A stretch of 64,000 nt of DNA from Patescibacteria group bacterium (GTDB lineage Bacteria; Patescibacteriota; Patescibacteriia; Patescibacteriales; UBA12465). The translations under genes were made by a program, and so were the position numbers. This document shows positions 57,003 to 64,000 of this stretch, one piece after another. The stretch lies in NCBI GenBank assembly GCA_041664445.1, contig JBAYKT010000002.1:8629-72628 (forward strand), read 5' to 3'. Every line of letters begins with the position of its first letter. Positions within the stretch are counted from its first letter, which is position 1. The notes under the pieces are model-generated. The model was not told the origin of the DNA. It searched no databases and saw only the letters and a list, made by a program, of their open reading frames with translations.

Positions 57003-58700
57003 TTACATTTCGTCTAAGGTGTCTAAACCGATAACATCCAAACCATTTTTTAAAACTTGCGACACGGCTTTAATTAGGGCTAAACGTACTTTTTTAATTT
57101 TTTTATCAGCTTTTAAAATATTGACGGCATGATAATAATCATTGGACAGCTGGGCAAGTTCAAAAAGATACTTGGTTAATTCACTCGGATTGCGCTTAAC
57201 GCTAGCTAAAATTATTATTTCCGGATATTTGGCGATCTTTATCAAGAGTTCCGCTTCTTTTTTCTCTAAGAGCAAAGAGAAATCAATTTTACCAAGCAAA
57301 GAAACGCCTGATTCTTTACGGAGAATGCTCTGAAGACGCGCATAGCTATACTCTAAATAACAAGCGGTATAACCATCGAACTTTAAGGACTCTTCAATAT
57401 TAAAGGTGATAATCTTATCGGCGCTGACTTTAAGCATCTCAAATTTAATAATACCGATTGTTAAAACATCGGCCACCCGAGTCACCTGTTCATCACTCCA
57501 ATCTTCATGTTTGCTTCGAGTTTCCTTAAGTAATCGCGCCCTAAGTTTAGTTTTTAGCTCTTCATAAGTAATAACGTTACCGGTACGCGAAGACATCATT
57601 CCTCCCGGCAAAGTCACGAAGTCATAAGGTAAATGAGTTAAACGTTGTTGATAACCCAAAAGCTCCAATACTTTAAATAATTGCTTAAAGTGAAGACTTT
57701 GACGAACATCAACGACATAAATAGACTCTACTAAATTATATAGGCTGAACTTATTAACCGCGAGTGCTAAATCGGCCACTGGGTACAGAGCCGTGCCATC
57801 GGATCTGATAATCGGCAATACGCCTAAATCATATTTTTCTAAATTAGCAATAATCGCCCCCTCGCTTTTAATTAAAATATTTTTAGCCAACATGGTATTA
57901 ACCATTTCCAGACCTTCGGCAATCACCTCGCTCTCATAAAAGGTTTTTTCAAATTTAACATCCAACTCTTTATATATAGAGGCAAAATAATCAATGCTCC
58001 AGCCTCTCGTTTCTTTCCAAAGAGTATAATTATCCCCGCTCCGGCTTTCAATTTCCTGCATTATTTTAGCTACTTCCAATTTATACTCCGGCCTATCAGT
58101 TAATTTTTGGCTAGCTTCAGCATAACATTTCCCCAATAACCAGCCCTTGGCTTCATTTTGATTGGTATATTCCGGATTCTTTTTTAAGTTCCAAATAGTT
58201 TTAGCGACATGAATACCAAAATCATTAATATAAGAGACGGGTATTGATTTAAAACCGTTGGCGCTTAATAGGCGATTAATGGCGTCGCCGTAAGCGATAT
58301 TGCGCAAATGCCCGACATGATATTCTTTATGAGTATTACCATTAGAATACTCAATCATAATTTGTTGCTGCCGGCCATTATTATTGCGGCCATAATTATC
58401 TTTTCCTTTTTTAATTTGCGCAATCACTTCAGTCGCTAATAATTTAGGAATGATAAAAAAATTAAGATAAGGGCCGACTGGTCTAACTTCTGAAAAGTAA
58501 ACGGCTAATTCCTGATTTTGCTTAATTGTTTCGGCCCATTTCTTGGCTAGTTCCACCGGACTAATATTTTCTTTTTTTGCTGGTTCAAAGCAAGCCAGAC
58601 TCAAATCGCCTAAATCAGAGCTAGGCGGATAAGAAAAAACAAGCGCGGAAGCGCTAAGTTGAGAAGTTATTTTATTTTTTAGACTTTCCAGAAAAGTCAT
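57003..58700 (-). CDS. argS: Arginyl-tRNA synthetase
   Basis: GPYLNF, HVGHLRN (HIGH), NDFG, MSSRTG, YSYARLQSILRK, C-terminal EM. Confidence 0.96.
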   Translation of the reverse strand: MTFLESLKNKITSQLSASALVFSYPPSSDLGDLSLACFEPAKKENISPVELAKKWAETIKQNQELAVYFSEVRPVGPYLNFFIIPKLLATEVIAQIKKGKDNYGRNNNGRQQQIMIEYSNGNTHKEYHVGHLRNIAYGDAINRLLSANGFKSIPVSYINDFGIHVAKTIWNLKKNPEYTNQNEAKGWLLGKCYAEASQKLTDRPEYKLEVAKIMQEIESRSGDNYTLWKETRGWSIDYFASIYKELDVKFEKTFYESEVIAEGLEMVNTMLAKNILIKSEGAIIANLEKYDLGVLPIIRSDGTALYPVADLALAVNKFSLYNLVESIYVVDVRQSLHFKQLFKVLELLGYQQRLTHLPYDFVTLPGGMMSSRTGNVITYEELKTKLRARLLKETRSKHEDWSDEQVTRVADVLTIGIIKFEMLKVSADKIITFNIEESLKFDGYTACYLEYSYARLQSILRKESGVSLLGKIDFSLLLEKKEAELLIKIAKYPEIIILASVKRNPSELTKYLFELAQLSNDYYHAVNILKADKKIKKVRLALIKAVSQVLKNGLDVIGLDTLDEM

Positions 58701-58839
58701 AATTTTATTTAGCCTTTTTTAAGGCCATAAATACTTGGTAATAATCTTAGAATTATGTTATAATACTATCAGACTTTATTAAGTTTTTCAATCCGGCGCT
58801 TGCCGCCTGGTTTGGACTACAAAGCTAGCTTTTAATTTT

Positions 58840-59820
58840 ATGTTTTCTTATCGCTCAATCTTAAAACAATCTTGGAACATCGCCTGGAAGAACAAATATC
58901 TCTGGCTATTCGGACTTTTTGCTTCCATCGCGGCCGCCAGCGGTTCTTTTGAATATCAAGTCTTGGCCAATGGCTTACAATCAAGTGCTTTAGAAAATTC
59001 TTATTCCCATATTAACGGTTTAGTGCTTGTTCTAAGCGCCTTTGGCTCTTTCTGCGCCGGTTTTTGGAATTTATTTTCCTACGATATTTTTACAATCATT
59101 AACACTTTAACGGTTTTAATTATTACTCTGACTTTAATTGTGACTTTTGTCTGGCTATCCATCTCCTCGCAGGCCGCCCTGGTAGTCAGCGCTAAAAAAT
59201 TAATAGTGGCCAAGAAAAAAACACCAATTTTAAATATTAGAGAAAATCTAGCTAAAGGGCATCTTCATTTCTGGCCAGTGCTCGGACTAAACATTCTAAT
59301 TAAAGTTTTGGTTGGTCTAGCCCTCTTTATAATGTCCGTTCCTTTATTATTTTTAGCCGTGAATGGTTCCGCCTATTTAGCCGGAGTTTATGTTTTATCT
59401 TTTATAATTTTTACTCCGATTGCGGTTTCTCTGTCCTTAATAATTAAATACGCAATTGCTTACAACGTTTTAAATGATGAATCTTTCTGCGCATCTTTAA
59501 AAAAATCAATTAAACTATTTGGCAATAATTGGCTAATGAGCGTCGAAATGGGAATTATTCTCTTTATTATCAGCTTCCTGGCCGGTTTTCTATTGCTGGT
59601 TATTATTTCAATTTTTATTTTCCCATACCTCGTTTTTGCCGCCAACTACGGTTTAGCCTGGTTACTGGTTTTCTTGATGTTTATCGTTCTCGCTCTGATT
59701 CTATTTACCGGAGCGATTCTGACAACTTTTCAAGTATCCGCCTGGACTGATTTATTTTTAGAGCTGGAGGAAGGCCGCGGCGAAGCTAAACTGGAAAGAA
59801 TGTTCAAGAAAAAAGCTTAA
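58840..59820 (+). CDS. Polytopic membrane protein of unknown function
   Basis: About 6-7 TM helices; SWNIAWKNKYLWLFGLFA N-terminal pattern; 3 nt upstream of the ATPase gene. Confidence 0.75.
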   Translation: MFSYRSILKQSWNIAWKNKYLWLFGLFASIAAASGSFEYQVLANGLQSSALENSYSHINGLVLVLSAFGSFCAGFWNLFSYDIFTIINTLTVLIITLTLIVTFVWLSISSQAALVVSAKKLIVAKKKTPILNIRENLAKGHLHFWPVLGLNILIKVLVGLALFIMSVPLLFLAVNGSAYLAGVYVLSFIIFTPIAVSLSLIIKYAIAYNVLNDESFCASLKKSIKLFGNNWLMSVEMGIILFIISFLAGFLLLVIISIFIFPYLVFAANYGLAWLLVFLMFIVLALILFTGAILTTFQVSAWTDLFLELEEGRGEAKLERMFKKKA

Positions 59821-59823
59821 ACT

Positions 59824-62800
59824 ATGGGAAAGGTGGACTCAATCGAAAATTTATTAAATCCGACAGGCGACGAAGAAAGCGTCGCCGGTCTTTTTGCGAG
59901 GAAACAGGAAGAAATAAAACTTAAAGAACTAGAACATAAAACGCAAAGAGACGCCGAAGAGCTTGGTCTGGATTATGTTAATCTCTATGGCTTCCCGATT
60001 AGTCCTGAGGCCTTAGTCTTAATTCAAGAAGAACGCGCCCAAGAACTAAAGGCGATTTGTTTTTTTTATGATGGTAAAAATATCAGAGTCGGTTGTTTAA
60101 ACCCTAGCGCCGAAGTTTTGGAAGAGATGAAACGATTAAGCGAGCAGTATTTTGCTGATGCTAAACTATATCTTGTTTCTTCCAATAGCTTAAAGGCCGC
60201 TTTAGAGGCCTACCGCTCGCTGCCAAAAGTTAAAAAATATGAAAGCGGCGTGGAAATTAGCTCTGAGCAACTAGAAAAATTTAAAAATGACATTTCCAGT
60301 TATAAAAATCTAAACGATAAAATAAATGACGTTAATATTACCGACGTCATTACTTTAATTTTAGCGACCGCCATTAAAGTCGGCGCCAGCGATGTTCATA
60401 TTGAAGCTGAGGATACTGGGGTTGTTATTCGGGTAAGATTGGATGGTGTTTTGCAAGAGGCGGCCGTTATCAGCCGCGAAAAATGGCATAAGATTATTTC
60501 CCGTTTAAAAATTCTGGCGCGCGTTAAAATTAATATTGAAAATAAACCGCAAGACGGACGTTATACAATTTATTTAGAGAAACGCCGAGTTGATGTTCGC
60601 TGCTCTTTCTTGCCGACGGCTTATGGAGAGAGCGTGGTTATGCGCCTTTTAGATTCCGCCATGACGTCTTTGGACATTGAAAACCTGGGTGTCAGACCGG
60701 AAGTCTTGCCGATTTTAAGAAGAGAAATTGCTAAACCAAATGGACTAATTTTAACCACCGGACCAACCGGCAGCGGTAAAACCACAACCCTATACGCTGT
60801 TATCAATAAACTTAATCAATCAGGCACCAAAATAATTACCTTGGAAGATCCAATTGAATACCAGCTATCGGGTATCAACCAAAGCCAAGTGGACAGCAAG
60901 CATGGTTTCAGTTTTTCTGAGGGTTTAAGGTCTATCTTACGCCAAGACCCTAATGTAGTAATGGTCGGGGAAATTAGAGATTTAGAAACCGCGGAAATTT
61001 CCATTCAAGCCTCTCTTACTGGTCATATTGTTTTATCAACTCTGCATACTAACGACGCCGCCGGAGTAATCCCCCGCTTAATTGATATCGGCGTAAAACC
61101 CTATTTTCTAGCACCTTCAATTAACGCCGTCATCGGCCAACGTTTAGTTAGGCGCCTATGTGTTCATTGCCGCCAAGAAAAAACTCTCAGCGCTGATGAA
61201 GAAGAATTGGTTCATAAAATATTAGCAGTCATTTCTCCCAAAACTGGTATTAATATCCCTTCTAAACTACCAAATGTTTTTCAAGCTGGTGCCGGTTGCG
61301 AACAATGCAACTTTACCGGCTATAAAGGCCGTTCCGGTATTTTTGAAATTTTTACACTGGACGACAAAATTCGCCAATTAACAGTAGAGCAAGCACCTTC
61401 TTTTAAAATTCTTCAGCAAGCGATTGAAAATGGCATGATTACCATGCTTCAAGACGGAGTTTTAAAAGCTTTGAATGGCGAAACTAGTTTAGAAGAAGTT
61501 TATCGCGTTATTGGTAATTTTGATTATGTTAACGAACTTTACGATATTGTAATTTCACAAACCATCGGGCGCGGCGTTAAAATAAGCGCCCAGCAAGTAG
61601 AAGACGCCAAGGAATTAAGTAAAAATATTTTAGAAATTAGTGAAAAAGCTAAAGAAGTGCCAACGTCTGATTTAATCAGACTGACAATGACCCTGGCCGT
61701 CTTACGCGAGGCGGGCGATGTTCATATCGAACCGACGGCCGATGAAGTTAAGATTCGTTTCCGCATTGATGGCATCTTGCATGATATTTTTTCCTTGCCA
61801 AAAACCAGTTATTTGCCATTACTATCGGAAGTAAAAATTCTAGCCGGCACTCCGACTAATATTAAGCGTGCCACTTTTGACGGCCGCTTCAGTGTTTATT
61901 TACCCGATCATAAAATTGATTGTCGTCTATCAATTATTTCCGGCGGTTACGGCGAAACTATCGTCGTGCGCTTATTAACAACTGAGGCCGCTAACTTGGA
62001 TATGGTAAAATTGGGAATTACCGGGACAACTTTAACTTCTTTAGAAGCGGCGATGAAAAAAAATAAAGGTATTATTATCACCACCGGACCAACCGGTAGC
62101 GGTAAGACCACCACCTTATACAGCGCCCTCAACCAACTCAACAAACCGGATGTTAAAATTATTACGGTTGAAGATCCAATTGAATACCAATTACCGGGCG
62201 TAATGCAAACCCAAATTGATGAAGCGAGCGGCTATACTTTTGTCTCGGCCATGAAATCCTTATTGCGCCAAAATCCTAATATCATGATGATTGGCGAAAT
62301 CCGAGACTCGGAAACAGCCAAGATTTCTATTGAAGCGGCAATGACCGGCCATTTAGTTTTATCAACTATCCATGCCAACAGCGCCGCCGGGGCCATCTCC
62401 CGCTTTGTCGGACTCGGCGTTGAACGCCAAGCGCTAGCCAACTCCATAGAATATACCATCGGTCAGCGTCTAGCTCGCCGAATCTGTCCTTACTGCAAAC
62501 AAGAAGCTATCGTCAGCTCGGAAGATTTAGAAAAAGTAAAAAATATTTTAAGCAGTATTAATAATCCAGCAGTTACGATTCCCGAAAAATTAACTTTTTA
62601 TAAAGGCACCGGCTGTGAAAAATGCGGTCAAATCGGTTATAAAGGAAGAATCGGCCTTTACGAAGCGATAACCATGACCCCCGGCATTCAAACTATAATT
62701 CAAAATGAAAGAGTCACTGACTTTGAAATTGAACAAGAAGCTATTAAAAACGGCATGGTAACCATGCTTCAGGATGGCGTCCTAAAAGCGCTAAACGGAG

Positions 62801-62835
62801 AAACAACTCTAGAAGAAGTATTCCGCGTAATTTAA
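59824..62835 (+). CDS. PilB/GspE-family pilus assembly ATPase with two tandem complete ATPase units
   Basis: Each motif occurs twice: (S/G)DVHIE, GPTGSGKTTTLY, EDPIEY, LRQ(D/N)PN, GEIRD, TGH.VLST.H, CxxC...CxxC and GETxLEEVxRVI. Confidence 0.93.
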   Translation: MGKVDSIENLLNPTGDEESVAGLFARKQEEIKLKELEHKTQRDAEELGLDYVNLYGFPISPEALVLIQEERAQELKAICFFYDGKNIRVGCLNPSAEVLEEMKRLSEQYFADAKLYLVSSNSLKAALEAYRSLPKVKKYESGVEISSEQLEKFKNDISSYKNLNDKINDVNITDVITLILATAIKVGASDVHIEAEDTGVVIRVRLDGVLQEAAVISREKWHKIISRLKILARVKINIENKPQDGRYTIYLEKRRVDVRCSFLPTAYGESVVMRLLDSAMTSLDIENLGVRPEVLPILRREIAKPNGLILTTGPTGSGKTTTLYAVINKLNQSGTKIITLEDPIEYQLSGINQSQVDSKHGFSFSEGLRSILRQDPNVVMVGEIRDLETAEISIQASLTGHIVLSTLHTNDAAGVIPRLIDIGVKPYFLAPSINAVIGQRLVRRLCVHCRQEKTLSADEEELVHKILAVISPKTGINIPSKLPNVFQAGAGCEQCNFTGYKGRSGIFEIFTLDDKIRQLTVEQAPSFKILQQAIENGMITMLQDGVLKALNGETSLEEVYRVIGNFDYVNELYDIVISQTIGRGVKISAQQVEDAKELSKNILEISEKAKEVPTSDLIRLTMTLAVLREAGDVHIEPTADEVKIRFRIDGILHDIFSLPKTSYLPLLSEVKILAGTPTNIKRATFDGRFSVYLPDHKIDCRLSIISGGYGETIVVRLLTTEAANLDMVKLGITGTTLTSLEAAMKKNKGIIITTGPTGSGKTTTLYSALNQLNKPDVKIITVEDPIEYQLPGVMQTQIDEASGYTFVSAMKSLLRQNPNIMMIGEIRDSETAKISIEAAMTGHLVLSTIHANSAAGAISRFVGLGVERQALANSIEYTIGQRLARRICPYCKQEAIVSSEDLEKVKNILSSINNPAVTIPEKLTFYKGTGCEKCGQIGYKGRIGLYEAITMTPGIQTIIQNERVTDFEIEQEAIKNGMVTMLQDGVLKALNGETTLEEVFRVI

Positions 62836-62839
62836 ATAT

Positions 62840-63415
62840 ATGATAAATAAAAAATTCTTAGACGATTTAAAAAAAGACTATCAAGCTAACGAAAGTGAAC
62901 GCCGACAAATTATCAGCGCCTCTAACGGCATTCTTTTTGAAGCTAAAAAAACTATTTTTTCCTTACAGCGCCAGGATTTTAAAACTGCCGAAACTAAAAT
63001 AACCGAAATGGAAAAAGCGCTGGCCAACTTAGAAAAACGCTTCGGGGCTGATAGACTAAAAAAAGAAGGCGCTTACAAAGCAGCCGCTGAAGAATATTTG
63101 GAAGGCAAAACTTTTTATTTAATAATCAAAAAGAAAGAGATTAATTCCAGCGCTGGCCTAAGTCTTGATTATGAATCATATTTAGGCGGTATTTGCGATT
63201 TAATCGGCGAACTAGTGCGTTATGCTACTAATCAAGCCGCTAAAGGCAAATTTGCCGAAGTCGCAAAAATAAAAAAAGCCGCCGAAGATATTATGGCGCA
63301 GTTGATTGATTTTGATATGACTGGATATCTGAGAACTAAATATGATCAAGCGCGCGGACACTTAAGAAAATTGGAACAAATGGCTTACGAGATTAAAATG
63401 CGAATCGGCAAATAA
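62840..63415 (+). CDS. Translin/Trax (C3PO)-family nuclease
   Basis: All-helical 191-aa protein with EEYLEG and YLGGICDLIGELVRYA, the acidic ExxE and DxxxE catalytic pattern of Trax. Confidence 0.8.
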   Translation: MINKKFLDDLKKDYQANESERRQIISASNGILFEAKKTIFSLQRQDFKTAETKITEMEKALANLEKRFGADRLKKEGAYKAAAEEYLEGKTFYLIIKKKEINSSAGLSLDYESYLGGICDLIGELVRYATNQAAKGKFAEVAKIKKAAEDIMAQLIDFDMTGYLRTKYDQARGHLRKLEQMAYEIKMRIGK

Positions 63416-63419
63416 AAAT

Positions 63420-63917
63420 ATGTTAGTGGCGATTATTTCTGATATCCATGACAACCTTTTAAATTTGGCTAAATGCCTGGACTGGTGCAAAAATCATAAA
63501 ATAGAAAAAATGATTTGTTGCGGCGATGTCTGTGATGCCGATACCTTAAAATTTTTGGCAAAAAACTTTAAGGGGAAAATTTCTTTAGTCGAGGGAAACG
63601 GTGAAACTTTTATTGAATCGGATTTAAAAACCTTAAAAAATATTAAATACCACGGTTTGGCCGGAGTTGAAAAGATAGGCGGACTAAATCTGGGATTTTG
63701 CCATCAAAATAAAGACATCAACCAAGTGACTGAACTTAGCTCGCAAACTTTAGACTTTATTTTTCTTGGCCACAGCCATAAACCTTGGCTGGAAAAGAAG
63801 GAGCAAACTTTTATCGCTAACCCCGGAAATGTTTCTGGCACTTTTTATCAAGCCACCTTCGCCGTTTTGAACACGGACAATAAAAAGCTTGATTTGAAAA
63901 TATTGGCGCATCTTTAA
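63420..63917 (+). CDS. YfcE/MJ0936-family metallophosphoesterase
   Basis: ISDIHDN, CGD, GNGE, GHSH, NPG motifs. Confidence 0.88.
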   Translation: MLVAIISDIHDNLLNLAKCLDWCKNHKIEKMICCGDVCDADTLKFLAKNFKGKISLVEGNGETFIESDLKTLKNIKYHGLAGVEKIGGLNLGFCHQNKDINQVTELSSQTLDFIFLGHSHKPWLEKKEQTFIANPGNVSGTFYQATFAVLNTDNKKLDLKILAHL

Positions 63918-63930
63918 AATAATTTTCCAT

Positions 63931-63962
63931 AAAAAATCCCCGTAAAACACGGGGATTTTTTT
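63931..63962. terminator. Intrinsic (bidirectional) terminator
   Basis: aaaaaatccccgt-aaaac-acggggatttttt. Confidence 0.85.
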
Positions 63963-64000
63963 ATTGAAGAAACTAATATTTATAGCGTCCTGTTCTTTAA

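Noticed and set aside
26-63917. Alternative genetic code (stop-codon reassignment) as the explanation for the nrdG TAA
   Set aside because: TAA is the normal terminator of most genes here, and long genes translate cleanly with code 11.
456-63950. Numerous 60-160 aa ORFs antisense to, or in alternate frames of, long genes (e.g. 4870..5112, 14262..14717, 18572..19057, 31337..31741, 49605..49925)
   Set aside because: They lie within well-supported genes, show no recognisable motifs, and are expected shadow ORFs.

Overview
AT-rich, gene-dense chromosomal segment, mostly on the minus strand. Its gene content points to a Patescibacteria/CPR bacterium, probably Parcubacteria of the Falkowbacteria/ABY1 type (inferred from T4SS/TrbC-like pilin fusions, the short RelA/SpoT, the UvrD-nuclease fusion and the stand-alone ComEC nuclease domain). 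Housekeeping genes include nrdR-nrdD-nrdG, copA, ftsA-ftsZ, secDF, clpP, rpsU, hisS, lepB, queA, ruvB, gyrA, ndk, glyQS and argS. I found no rRNA, tRNA, CRISPR array or mobile element. Most notable observations: (1) The class III ribonucleotide reductase is split, with its glycyl-radical loop on a separate unannotated 46-aa ORF (761..901); the adjacent nrdG has an in-frame TAA right after its CxxxCxxC motif, and the operon sits under tandem NrdR boxes. (2) A 14.6-kb co-oriented surface cluster (15773..30360) has two very large Cys-rich Ig/IPT/FN3 proteins fused to a VirB2/TrbC-like pilin domain, plus a third protein with an internal GspG/pilin-like domain. (3) A PilB/GspE ATPase with two complete tandem motor units is tightly linked to a translin/Trax-family nuclease and a metallophosphoesterase. 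Smaller oddities: an extracytoplasmic extension on CopA, a transmembrane-hairpin insertion in SecD, a degenerate HisRS, tandem PQ-loop-like membrane paralogs beside queA, and an unannotated histone-H1-like peptide. All family calls are by motif recognition only; no database searches were run.
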